This document shows positions 1 to 9,773 of a stretch of 32,988 nt of DNA, piece by piece. The stretch lies in the NCBI GenBank assembly GCA_023139255.1, contig JAGLNY010000069.1:1-32988 (forward strand), given 5' to 3'. This DNA comes from Spirochaetales bacterium (GTDB lineage: Bacteria > Spirochaetota > Spirochaetia > JABMQR01). The notes under the pieces were generated by a model, which searched no databases, was not told the origin of the DNA, and saw nothing but the letters and a program-made list of their open reading frames with translations. The position numbers and the translations under genes are program-made. Each line of letters begins with the position of its first letter. Within the stretch, counting starts at the first letter, position 1.

Positions 1-1
1 T

Positions 2-3000
2 GACTACAGCAGTTCCGATAAAGCTATTTTCTCAAAACTTCATTTGGATGATTTTTCAGTAGATCAGTATAGAGAACAGCTGTCCTTGTTTATTGATGAT
101 AAATATCTGAATATTTTATCTGGAACTGAACTAGATGGAACGTTTTCTGCGGATTATGTATTTCCGGATAACACCCTGCTATATTCAGGACAATTATCCA
201 TAGATGATTTCTATATAAATTCAAAACTGCCGAATATCAGTATTCAGGCTGTGTTTGAGGGAAATAATAATTATTTGTCGGTTACCAAGTCAGAAGTAAC
301 TGCCCCGGACTTTGCAGTTGTTCTTGATGGAAGACTGAACCTTCATGATGCTGCATCCACAATTAATGCATCACTATATGAAATAGATGATTTTTATCAG
401 AAGAATCTACAGCCTGGGATATTCCCTCTTGTTAATGCTGAAATTTCCGGAAAATCACTTTTGGAAGGGGATGTTACTCTCTACTCACAAAAAATATCTG
501 GTGGAATAATAAAATCTGACTATCTGTTAAGCAGTGATTTTAATCATCTTGACCTTGACGGCAGGATTTTATATCAGAAAATAGATTACCCTTTTCAATT
601 GCTGGCTAATTTGAATGAATTATCGTTTAAAGGGGTAGGTGGTGATAGTGCTATTGGCATAACGGAATTTACTGTTAAGAAGCAGAGTGGAAATCCATTT
701 AGATTTTCCGGATCATTGTTGTTTACTGATCAAAGCATACCGGATAATATTGTTCCAATTCATTCTGACATTCGAGTTGATGCAGCAGCTGATTTTGAAA
801 TATATGAAGCAAATGATTGGGAAGTTATAATTGAATATGCTGACATTAAAAACATTCTTGTAGGCAATAAAAATATTTCTCTCAATTTAAAATCAGTGAA
901 CATTATTCCGGATTTTATTAGTATTCAACAGCTGCTGTTTGACGACTCTATTTCCCTATTAACAGGCAGTGGAGAAATTACATATGGTTTGTCCGATGGT
1001 TTTTTTATAAATTCTTTAATCAGTATGAATAATGATACTGAAGAAATCACAGTTTCTTATAACAAATCGGGAGGAACCTATGAATTATCTGCTGAAATAT
1101 CAGGTGCAAGTCTGCTGCATGCTCCTTTTGACATTGGTTTAGGGATAGTTGATGGTTCATTAACTATCTCAGGAAAAGAGGCTGAATATATATTGGTGTC
1201 TGATTTAAGTGTTCGTAATGGATTAATGTCACAAAAACCCTATTCAGGAAGGGTTATGCTTACAGGAAGTGAGAGTGAGCTGAAAATTGAGAATTTTTCT
1301 GGTAAATATGATGGTAATTCCGTTGAAAATTTCTCATTGTTCTATGATTTCTTAAGCGGCAATATAGAAAGTTCCAGTTCACAGCAATTCATAGCAAAAA
1401 ACGGAGCTATAACATTTAACCTTAATCTGGACTCATCAGTCAAACCAATACTTTCAATTTTTGATGTTTCTATTAATGAATTACTTAGTCAGGATTTGAT
1501 TGTCAATGGAGCAGTTACAGAAATATTATCAAATGGTATCCGGCTGCTTGATGATTTTACTGCGGTTGCCAGAATATCTGATGGTGCAATCTCTGTAATA
1601 GGGGGACCGGAAAACTCTATTATGGCTGAAATATCAAGAGATGGGAAAATAGCCGCCTCATTCGGGCAAGCCCCGGAAAGTTCACTTCCATTTTCTTTCT
1701 CGCTTAATGGTTTTTTGAAAAATGGGCAAATTGATGTTAAATCGGAGGATATTGAGTTTGATTTAATCTTTCTAAACTCTATTCTTGTTTTACTGAATGA
1801 ATTTTTAAAGTTTGATACCGGAACATTATATGGCAATATACATGTAATCGGCAGTTTGTCGGATCCGGATTTTTTTGGTGAATTATATTGTGACTATACT
1901 GAGATATCATCCGGTATTTTACCGGATAGGGTTAAAGCAGAGAACGTAATGGCTTCTATAAGTGGAAAAACTCTCTATTTTGTTCCTTTTTACGCTGAAA
2001 TAAAAAACAATTTTGTTAAAGTGAATATGCAGTTGGATATGGAATATATCATACCTTATTACTATGATATTACAGTCACAATACCTGTTAATGAAAAAGT
2101 ACAAATGAAAAAAAGGTTTAATCAGTTTGGCCTCCTGTTTGATGGTATGATTTCCGGACCTGTTAATTTTCGCGGTGCAGGAACTGATTTGCTTATTACT
2201 GGGGACATTGATATTGATAACTCTATTATTAGCATGACTCCTGAGGGTAGGATTTATGATCCTGATCCACCTTTTTCAATATCTGCGGAACTTGCTATAA
2301 CAACCGGTAATAATGTTACTGCGATTCTACCTAATCTTGATTTCCCCATTATTTCAGCTACTATTGCCGAAAACCAGAATATGACTATTTCATACAGTTC
2401 AAAAAAAAATTATCAGGTAGATGGGGATTTGAAAATTTTGGGTGGTGAAATATTTTATTTTCAAAGAAGCTTTTTTATTACAAATGGCTTCCTGAAATTG
2501 AAAGAAAGCCATTTATATGACTTTGATCCAGTTATTAGTATTGAAGCAAAACTTCGTGATTTTGATAAAAATGGTGAAAAGATTGATATCTTCCTTAGAA
2601 TTCAGAATGACCATTTAAGTAATTTTATTCCTGTTTTAAGCTCAAGGCCGACAAAAACTGTTGCGGAAATAGCGGCAATATTGGGGCAGAATATTTTACC
2701 CGAAAACATTATAGGCAGTACTAATATCTCGTCCGCACTTGCTTTGGCCACAATTGCCACAGATATAATTCAGAAACTTGGAATAATAGAACTTGACCCA
2801 ATATCAGATTTTGAGAATATTATTCGTAACACTCTTCAGCTTGATCTGTTTTCTATTCGAACACAGGTTTTTCAAAATATTATTCTGGAAACTATTACAA
2901 ATTCTCAAGTACAGATGTTGTCTCTTAACCCTATTGCAAGGTATCTTGACAATACAACAGTTTTCCTTGGAAAATATATTAATAATGATGTCTTTTTGCA

Positions 3001-3202
3001 GGCTATGCTGCATCTATCTGCAAATGACAGATATGGACCTGGTTTATTTATGACGGACGACTTGAAACTTGATATTGAATTAAGTGTCGAGTGGGAGAAT
3101 CCATTATATTTATTACGGCTTTCAACTCAACCGGAAGGATTGCAGCCCTATCAGTTGTTGGACACACTCACAATTGGAGTGTTCTGGGATTTCTCATTTT
3201 AG
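2..3202 (+). CDS. tamB: Translocation and assembly module TamB (AsmA-like, DUF490-type C-terminus), 5' truncated
   Basis: The frame is open from base 2 (gac tac agc agt...), so the TTG at 44 is probably not the real start. The product is long and beta-strand-rich, ends in an alternating aromatic strand (VFWDFSF) and lies directly upstream of bamA, as in spirochaetes. Confidence 0.82.
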   Translation, partial: DYSSSDKAIFSKLHLDDFSVDQYREQLSLFIDDKYLNILSGTELDGTFSADYVFPDNTLLYSGQLSIDDFYINSKLPNISIQAVFEGNNNYLSVTKSEVTAPDFAVVLDGRLNLHDAASTINASLYEIDDFYQKNLQPGIFPLVNAEISGKSLLEGDVTLYSQKISGGIIKSDYLLSSDFNHLDLDGRILYQKIDYPFQLLANLNELSFKGVGGDSAIGITEFTVKKQSGNPFRFSGSLLFTDQSIPDNIVPIHSDIRVDAAADFEIYEANDWEVIIEYADIKNILVGNKNISLNLKSVNIIPDFISIQQLLFDDSISLLTGSGEITYGLSDGFFINSLISMNNDTEEITVSYNKSGGTYELSAEISGASLLHAPFDIGLGIVDGSLTISGKEAEYILVSDLSVRNGLMSQKPYSGRVMLTGSESELKIENFSGKYDGNSVENFSLFYDFLSGNIESSSSQQFIAKNGAITFNLNLDSSVKPILSIFDVSINELLSQDLIVNGAVTEILSNGIRLLDDFTAVARISDGAISVIGGPENSIMAEISRDGKIAASFGQAPESSLPFSFSLNGFLKNGQIDVKSEDIEFDLIFLNSILVLLNEFLKFDTGTLYGNIHVIGSLSDPDFFGELYCDYTEISSGILPDRVKAENVMASISGKTLYFVPFYAEIKNNFVKVNMQLDMEYIIPYYYDITVTIPVNEKVQMKKRFNQFGLLFDGMISGPVNFRGAGTDLLITGDIDIDNSIISMTPEGRIYDPDPPFSISAELAITTGNNVTAILPNLDFPIISATIAENQNMTISYSSKKNYQVDGDLKILGGEIFYFQRSFFITNGFLKLKESHLYDFDPVISIEAKLRDFDKNGEKIDIFLRIQNDHLSNFIPVLSSRPTKTVAEIAAILGQNILPENIIGSTNISSALALATIATDIIQKLGIIELDPISDFENIIRNTLQLDLFSIRTQVFQNIILETITNSQVQMLSLNPIARYLDNTTVFLGKYINNDVFLQAMLHLSANDRYGPGLFMTDDLKLDIELSVEWENPLYLLRLSTQPEGLQPYQLLDTLTIGVFWDFSF

Positions 3203-3218
3203 TAGCTAGAGGGTATTT

Positions 3219-5789
3219 ATGATAAAAAAAATTGTACTTCTATTTTTAGTTTTTCTGGCAATTAGTAGTTTTATTTTTGCACAGGAACAGTCTGAACAAT
3301 GGTGGCTTGGCAAACCTATCTTTAGTATTCAATTTGAAGGTGAAACTGAAGGTGAAGGATTAGTACATGTTGATGAATCTGAGCTTCGTGAAATCACAAA
3401 TGCATATCTTGGAAAATCTTATGAGAATGCTCTGTTTACTTCACTTCAAAATGAGCTTTTTAATCTGCAGTATTTTGCATATTTCTCGGCACGGGCTGAG
3501 CATGGTGGTGGTGATTATGGTGGTGATAATTATGAAGATCTTATTATTATTTTTCAATTTGTTGAGCTGCCCATAATCCTGTCACTGGAAATTTTCGGCA
3601 ATCAAACTATTCGCCTGAATGATATTGAGGAAATACTAACAATAGGCATAGGTAGTTTTGCTACCAGCGCAAAAATTAAAGAAACCGAAGCCGCCATCAG
3701 GGAATTGTATTTATCGAAAGGTTATACATCTATTGAAATAGTTAGTGATTTGGCAACAAATACAGATGAGAACACAATTGATCTCACAATAACAATAACC
3801 GAGGGTCTGCAATCAAAAATTTCTCTCATCACATTTGAAGGTAATGATCGGTTTTCAGAAAATACGCTGAAAAATATTATTGTTTCCAAGCAGCAGTCAC
3901 TATTCAATCCAGGTAATTATATTGAGAAGAGTATACTGGAAGATAAACAGGCAATTCTTATATATTACAAAGAAAGAGGATTTGTTGATGTCGCTATTAT
4001 TAATGTGAATATTTCCGAGACAGATCAAACAGATTCATCAAAAAATATGCTTGAAATTAGCTTTGTTATTGAAGAGGGCGAAGAATGGACATTTGGCGGT
4101 ATGGATGTTTTCGGGAATACCATTTTTACCGATGAGGAAATTCAGAAAGTAATTACTCATGTTCAGGGTAAGTCGATAAATGTAGTTACCATTCAGCAAA
4201 ATATATCAGATGTGGCAAAACTTTACTGGAATGACGGGTATGTAGCTAGTAAAATTGATACACAAGAAACAAAAAACGAGGCTGAACGAACCATATCCTA
4301 TACTTTGACTATTTCTGAGGGTCTTCAATCAATCGTAGAAGATGTTATCATAAAGGGATTTGATAAAACAAATGAGTTTGTTCTTTATCGTGAACTTGAC
4401 ATCAATCCGGGAGATGTTTTTAGCATCGATAAATTATTCAGCAGTATGCGTAATATTTATAATACCGGAATAATTGATGATGTTACCTATGAAATACTGT
4501 ATGGAAGTGAGGAAGATGCTGTTGTAATTGAAATCACTATTATTGAGTCAAATAAAGTAGATTTGGAATTTGGTGCAACATTCGGCGGCACAGATGAGTT
4601 TCCGATGTCAGGATTCTTTTCCTGGACAGACAAGAATTTTCTGGGAAATGGACAGGATTTTTCTATTGGTCTCAATGTTTCACCTTCATCCCAGACTTTA
4701 GATTTCTCATTTCAGGAGACATGGATTATGAATCAACGTTGGAGTGGTGGGATTTCACTCTCAGCAGGGCATTACATTCAGTCAAATATTCTCCAGGATT
4801 TTGAAGGAATCATTTTCACTGAAGAAGATTATATGAATGGTATCGCAGCACCGGATCCATATAACAGTTACGGAGAGTATCAGGCTGCTTTGACTGCAGG
4901 GTTAGTAATCCCTGAACGTCATTTCATGAGCTATGACCAATATAAATTTACCCTTGGGTTATTCTCAGGATACACATTCCATACTGATCTTGGAAGAGTT
5001 ACCCTTGGGGGCAGTACGAATATAGCATTATCTTATATAGATTATGATAATGGTCTCTACAGACCGTATAATCCAATAATAAGAAACAATTTTAGGAGCT
5101 GGAAATTTACTAATAAGATTGGTTTTAATTTTTCCTGGGATGGGCGGGACTTAATTGAAAATACGACAACCGGTTTTTTGTTTCAGGAAATTGTGAATTA
5201 TGCAGGCGGGGTTATAGGCGGTACTTCAAACTACATTAAAACTAATACTTCATTATCAGGGTTTACGACTGTTTTTGAGATTCAAGAAGAAGAGACAGCG
5301 CCAATAAAGGGTGTAGTTTCAGTCAGAACAAATGTTTCCACAATTTTTCCTCAATTTTATTACAATAAGGGAACCTGGGAATGGGGAATCGGTGCAACCC
5401 AGTCTGAGAAGCTCTATATTGACGGTATGAATATTGCACGAGGTTGGAGTACTGTATATAATCTGGAATTTCTCTGGGATAATATGCTTGAGTTCAGTAT
5501 GCCGATATCTGAAAAGGTACTATGGGCTGAGGCATATATTAGTGCTACCGGTTTTAAATCAGATTTGGATGATGTCACCAGTTTAGGTATAAATGATTTT
5601 TATTTCAGTACAGGCGTAGGTATACGGCTTGCTATTCCAGGATTTCCACTTGGTTTATATCTCACAAAAAATTTCACTGTTGATGAGAGTGGCGGTTTTC
5701 ATTGGATTCCAGGTGAGATTCTGGCAAATCCCGATGATTCTGAATCAGGGTTGAAGCTTGTTTTAGCTATTACTACAAGTCTTTACTAA
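3219..5789 (+). CDS. bamA: Outer membrane protein assembly factor BamA
   Basis: It has a signal peptide (MIKKIVLLFLVFLAISSFIFA) and POTRA-like repeats (FEGN...S, Y...GY/GF). KNFLGNGQ marks the barrel entry and ARGW is an L6-motif variant. SD GAGGG at 3209-3213. Confidence 0.95.
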   Translation: MIKKIVLLFLVFLAISSFIFAQEQSEQWWLGKPIFSIQFEGETEGEGLVHVDESELREITNAYLGKSYENALFTSLQNELFNLQYFAYFSARAEHGGGDYGGDNYEDLIIIFQFVELPIILSLEIFGNQTIRLNDIEEILTIGIGSFATSAKIKETEAAIRELYLSKGYTSIEIVSDLATNTDENTIDLTITITEGLQSKISLITFEGNDRFSENTLKNIIVSKQQSLFNPGNYIEKSILEDKQAILIYYKERGFVDVAIINVNISETDQTDSSKNMLEISFVIEEGEEWTFGGMDVFGNTIFTDEEIQKVITHVQGKSINVVTIQQNISDVAKLYWNDGYVASKIDTQETKNEAERTISYTLTISEGLQSIVEDVIIKGFDKTNEFVLYRELDINPGDVFSIDKLFSSMRNIYNTGIIDDVTYEILYGSEEDAVVIEITIIESNKVDLEFGATFGGTDEFPMSGFFSWTDKNFLGNGQDFSIGLNVSPSSQTLDFSFQETWIMNQRWSGGISLSAGHYIQSNILQDFEGIIFTEEDYMNGIAAPDPYNSYGEYQAALTAGLVIPERHFMSYDQYKFTLGLFSGYTFHTDLGRVTLGGSTNIALSYIDYDNGLYRPYNPIIRNNFRSWKFTNKIGFNFSWDGRDLIENTTTGFLFQEIVNYAGGVIGGTSNYIKTNTSLSGFTTVFEIQEEETAPIKGVVSVRTNVSTIFPQFYYNKGTWEWGIGATQSEKLYIDGMNIARGWSTVYNLEFLWDNMLEFSMPISEKVLWAEAYISATGFKSDLDDVTSLGINDFYFSTGVGIRLAIPGFPLGLYLTKNFTVDESGGFHWIPGEILANPDDSESGLKLVLAITTSLY

Positions 5790-5806
5790 TATATCGGAAT
5801 TAAGTT

Positions 5807-8413
5807 ATGAGTGAAACTCCCATGATGCGTCAGTACAGAGGCATAAAAGAGCAGTATGCTGATGAGATCTTATTCTTCAGGCTTGGTGATTTTTATGAAA
5901 TGTTTCTGGATGATGCTAAAGAAGTATCTCAATTACTGAATCTTACTCTAACAGCAAGAAACGGGATACCAATGTGCGGGATTCCGTTTCATGCAGCTAA
6001 AATCTATATAAAACGTTTACTTGATGCTGGAAAGAAAATAGCAATTTGTGAACAGACAAAACTTCCAGAGAATGGGAAAGGTCTGGCTGAAAGGGAAGTC
6101 GTTCAAATAATTACTCCCGGAACAGTAGTTGATGATGATCTTCTCACTTCCAGTATTAACAATTATATTTTATCAATTGCCTGCATACATAAAAAAATAT
6201 CTTTATCTTATGCTGATATTTCTACTGGAGAATTTGTGGTCTCATTAGTTGAAAAAGAGAAAAACTATGAGAGCCTCAGACGGTACATCGCAAAACTACA
6301 GCCAGTTGAGATTCTTATTCAGGAATCTTTATACTTTGAAGATGAACAATTCAGGCGGGCAGTCGAGCATGAATGGACAATGATAACACGCTATCCGGAT
6401 TGGCATTTTGATATAAGTCAATCTGAAGATCTATTAAAAAAACATTTTGAGACAGCATCTCTTCGTCATTTTGGATTTGAAATCAACGATGTCCTGCTTA
6501 AATCAACAGGGGTTCTCTATACGTATCTTACACATACCTCAAAAAAATCCATGATTCATCTGCATAATATCAAACGGGAATCAGAAAATGAGTATATGCT
6601 GGTTGATGAATCCTCACAGAAAAACCTTGAACTCGTAAGAAATATGCATGACAATACAGAAAAATTTACACTATTCTCAACTATTAAGCATACAAAAACC
6701 GCTTCCGGAACCAGACTGCTGAGAAAATGGATACTCTCACCTTTATGTTCTATCAATAAAATTGAGGCAAGACATCATTATATAGACTTGTTATATCATA
6801 ATCAGGATCTACAGAATAATATTAGAGAAAAATTAGGTTTCATCCTGGATCTGGAAAGATTGTGCGCACGGTTATCGCTGCAAAAAGCATCCCCAAGAGA
6901 TTTGGTTGCTATCAGTTTAACTATTGAACATTTTTTTTCAATTATATCTTTTTCAGATGAATTGTATGCATATGTATTAGAGAGAGTTGATGAAGAAAAG
7001 CTGAAAGAAATTTTCGGGCTGCATTCATATATAAATACATGTATTATTGAAGAGGTAAATGGTCCTTTTGCTGAAGGTAAAGTTATAAGAGATGGATATA
7101 GTCCTGAATTGGATGAACTGAGAAATATAAAAATAAATGCTGTATCTTATCTGGATAACTACTCTGAAAAGCTTCTTAAAGAAACATCCCTTCCAAAAAT
7201 AAAAATAAAATATAATAGAATAATCGGCTATTTTATAGAAATATCCAAACTTCATACTGCAAAGGTTCCAGATTATTTTATCAGAAAGCAGTCACTTGTT
7301 AATGGTGAACGATTTACAACAGATGAACTTATTATTCTTGAAAGGAAAATACAATCTTCTTATCAGGAGGCAGAACTTCTTGAACGTAAAATATATCAGG
7401 ATGTTCTCTCTTTTTGTGTGGAGAAAATAGAGCCTCTCCTTATAATAGGTGTGTGTATTTCAGAAATCGACTGTTTTCAATCAATGGCATATTCTGCTGC
7501 CAGGAATGGATATACCAAACCGGTATTTACATCTGATTCATCACTTCAAATCATAAACGGCAGACACCCGGTTGTTGAACTTAATCTGCCTCCTGGGGAG
7601 TTTGTATCAAATTCATTGGAATTTACTTCCTCAAAAGGCAGGTTCGCATTAATAACCGGTCCAAATATGGCAGGGAAATCAACATTCTTAAGACAAACGG
7701 CACTTATTGTTTTGCTGGCACATATAGGTTCCTATGTCCCTGCTGACAGTGCTGCAATGAGAATTCACGATAAAATATTTTGCAGGGTCGGGGCAACTGA
7801 TAACCTGGCAAGAGGAGAATCTACCTTTTTAGTTGAAATGACGGAAACTTCATATATTCTTCGTAATGCAACAACTAATAGCCTGATCCTAATGGATGAA
7901 GTAGGCAGGGGTACAAGTACTCAGGATGGAGTCTCTATCGCTTTTGCTGTTATGAAAAAATTAATATCCATATCAGCAGAAACATTATTTGCAACACATT
8001 TCCATGAGCTTACTGTTTTTATGGATAAAGAGACTCAACATCTTTATCTTGAAGTTCTTGAGACAGAAGGGAAAATTGTTTTTCTTAATAAAATACGTCC
8101 AGGTACCACTTCTTCGTCATATGGTCTGCATGCAGCCCGCTTGGCAGGGTTACCCCTTAGTGTGATTAGAGCAGCTGAATCATTTCAAAAAATTCATGCT
8201 AAGCATGAAATTGAAGACGTTCAAGGATTGCAAAAGGATTTAGACAACCTGTTTACCGAAGAGCAGGGGGAAGATTATGAGGAAATTATTCACAAGAAAT
8301 ATGAGGAAATTATTCAGCAGCTAGATACTATTAATATTGATGAGATGTCGCCGCGTGAAGCTTTGCTATTTTTGTATGAATTAAAAAATTATTTGAATAA
8401 CCATGACTCATAA
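5807..8413 (+). CDS. mutS: DNA mismatch repair protein MutS
   Basis: Motifs TPMMRQY, FFRLGDFYEMF (mismatch-binding Phe-X-Glu), Walker A GPNMAGKST, STFLVEM, DEVGRGTST and ATHFHEL. Confidence 0.98.
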   Translation: MSETPMMRQYRGIKEQYADEILFFRLGDFYEMFLDDAKEVSQLLNLTLTARNGIPMCGIPFHAAKIYIKRLLDAGKKIAICEQTKLPENGKGLAEREVVQIITPGTVVDDDLLTSSINNYILSIACIHKKISLSYADISTGEFVVSLVEKEKNYESLRRYIAKLQPVEILIQESLYFEDEQFRRAVEHEWTMITRYPDWHFDISQSEDLLKKHFETASLRHFGFEINDVLLKSTGVLYTYLTHTSKKSMIHLHNIKRESENEYMLVDESSQKNLELVRNMHDNTEKFTLFSTIKHTKTASGTRLLRKWILSPLCSINKIEARHHYIDLLYHNQDLQNNIREKLGFILDLERLCARLSLQKASPRDLVAISLTIEHFFSIISFSDELYAYVLERVDEEKLKEIFGLHSYINTCIIEEVNGPFAEGKVIRDGYSPELDELRNIKINAVSYLDNYSEKLLKETSLPKIKIKYNRIIGYFIEISKLHTAKVPDYFIRKQSLVNGERFTTDELIILERKIQSSYQEAELLERKIYQDVLSFCVEKIEPLLIIGVCISEIDCFQSMAYSAARNGYTKPVFTSDSSLQIINGRHPVVELNLPPGEFVSNSLEFTSSKGRFALITGPNMAGKSTFLRQTALIVLLAHIGSYVPADSAAMRIHDKIFCRVGATDNLARGESTFLVEMTETSYILRNATTNSLILMDEVGRGTSTQDGVSIAFAVMKKLISISAETLFATHFHELTVFMDKETQHLYLEVLETEGKIVFLNKIRPGTTSSSYGLHAARLAGLPLSVIRAAESFQKIHAKHEIEDVQGLQKDLDNLFTEEQGEDYEEIIHKKYEEIIQQLDTINIDEMSPREALLFLYELKNYLNNHDS
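8276..8316 (+). repeat. 17-bp direct repeat (24-bp period) in the mutS 3' linker
   Basis: TATGAGGAAATTATTCA at 8276-8292 and 8300-8316, encoding YEEIIH/YEEIIQ. Confidence 0.85.
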
Positions 8414-9119
8414 TCATACTTGTATCATCTGTTCAAGCTTTTCAGTTAATGAAAATATTTCAAACTTGAGTATATTGTGCAAAACTTGTAAAAACACGCT
8501 TGAGCAGCTTTTTCTACCTAATGTATACAATATTTTCTGTCCGACATGCGGTCAGCCAATGTTATCAGAAGAAAATTGCGTGAATTGCCCAACCCCTGAT
8601 TTATCTTTAAAAATAAAAAAACAAGCTTGCTTCCCCTATAACAATATTATTAAAGAACTAATCACCTATTATAAATTCAAAAACATAATTCAGTTAAGTG
8701 AAATTTTTGCTGATTTTATTTTACGTTTGTTACAAAATTACAATACAAACTTAATCCTGGTTCCAATACCCGGAAATCCTGGAAATATAAGAAAAAGAGG
8801 GTGGGATCAGGTAAGTGAAATCACAAAACATATAAAGCATAGTAATATTCAAGTTCATTCTCTACTTAAGCAGAAAAAAAAACACTCAGAGCAGAAATCC
8901 CTTGATAAGTCACAAAGAATTGCACAAGCAAAAAATAAATATACTATAGATAGAAAAATTTTGTGTTGTATAAAAAGAGATCTTTCATCATTCCCCTTGT
9001 CTCAGGTCGTGTTGATTGATGATATAATTACTACCGGGGCAACACTGAATTCTGCTGCTGCAGCCATATTAGAGGTGCTTGAAGTACCTGTTCATGCAGT
9101 CACGCTGGCAATGGATTGA
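8403..9119 (+). CDS. comF: ComF-family protein (double zinc ribbon plus phosphoribosyltransferase-like domain)
   Basis: Four N-terminal CxxC pairs (CIIC, CKTC, CPTC, CVNC), RGWDQ (RGFNQ-like) and the PRPP-loop VLIDDIITTGATL. Overlaps the mutS stop. Confidence 0.88.
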   Translation: MTHNHTCIICSSFSVNENISNLSILCKTCKNTLEQLFLPNVYNIFCPTCGQPMLSEENCVNCPTPDLSLKIKKQACFPYNNIIKELITYYKFKNIIQLSEIFADFILRLLQNYNTNLILVPIPGNPGNIRKRGWDQVSEITKHIKHSNIQVHSLLKQKKKHSEQKSLDKSQRIAQAKNKYTIDRKILCCIKRDLSSFPLSQVVLIDDIITTGATLNSAAAAILEVLEVPVHAVTLAMD

Positions 9120-9193
9120 GGATGTTACAAAATACTTTCTTTGATAAATTCCTATTTTAAAGATTCTCTTTTAATTAATTGTGTGAGCCTCGA

Positions 9194-9222
9194 TTGACTT
9201 ACTTAAACTTTACTGGTATACA
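9194..9222 (+). promoter_or_regulatory. Putative sigma70 promoter of the rimP-nusA-infB operon
   Basis: TTGACT (9194-9199), a 17-bp spacer, then TATACA (9217-9222) preceded by an extended -10 TG. The last -10 base is non-consensus. Confidence 0.55.
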
Positions 9223-9253
9223 TAACAGATATTCCAATAAAAATTTTTTATAG

Positions 9254-9279
9254 GAGTCGAGTTGATCGGCTCTTTTTTT
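9254..9279 (+). terminator. rimP-leader intrinsic terminator/attenuator
   Basis: GAGTCGA-gttga-TCGGCTC forms a 7-bp stem with one U-G pair and is followed by T7, ending 8 nt before the rimP ATG. The position matches the known rimP-leader attenuator. Confidence 0.75.
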
Positions 9280-9287
9280 ATGGTACA

Positions 9288-9773
9288 ATGTTAAAAGATA
9301 TAATTACTGCTAATACATTATTTATTGAAACTTCACCACTGATTCAGAAAATAGGACTTGATCTTGTAGATATCACTGAAAGTGAACAACACAATTCAGT
9401 TCAGGTAAGAGTTGTTGTAAAAGCTTTAAACAGGATAACTACTATAGGTGATTGTACCAGGGTTCACAAATTGCTTGAACCTCGCCTGGAATTGTTAGTA
9501 AACAATAAAGATTTAAATATTGAAGTTTCTACTCCAGGATTACAGAGGAACTTCAAAGATGTTTATGAATTTAAATTGTTTAAGGGTGAAAACGTTAAGG
9601 TTTTTGACGACAGAATTTCTGAATGGGTTACAGGAAGAATTTCAGATATTCAGACAGAAGATGATGTTCTTTCTTTGGATATATTCGTGAAGAAAGAAAA
9701 TAATACTATTAAAATACCATATAAATATATCAAAAAAGCTAAACTGGAAGTTGTGTGGGGGGATAAGAAATAA
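9288..9773 (+). CDS. rimP: Ribosome maturation factor RimP
   Basis: Motifs GLDLVDI, TIGDC and IEVSTPGLQR (LEVSSPG-type), with C-terminal IKKAKL. First gene before nusA. Confidence 0.92.
   Translation: MLKDIITANTLFIETSPLIQKIGLDLVDITESEQHNSVQVRVVVKALNRITTIGDCTRVHKLLEPRLELLVNNKDLNIEVSTPGLQRNFKDVYEFKLFKGENVKVFDDRISEWVTGRISDIQTEDDVLSLDIFVKKENNTIKIPYKYIKKAKLEVVWGDKK

Noticed and set aside
5760-5789. BamA ending in Tyr (AITTSLY) rather than Phe/Trp
   Set aside because: The terminal residue is still aromatic, and non-Phe ends occur in spirochaete BamA. It is not evidence of truncation.
8874-8882. A9 tract in comF (also A9 at 2401-2409 in tamB and 22359-22367 in tgt) as phase-variation sites
   Set aside because: The frames are intact and such runs are expected from Lys codons in an AT-rich genome.
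9262-9289. TTGATC-16-TGgTACAAT promoter-like motif overlapping the rimP start
   Set aside because: It would initiate inside the rimP coding sequence (~9296) and overlaps the terminator hairpin. It cannot be distinguished from chance without TSS data.
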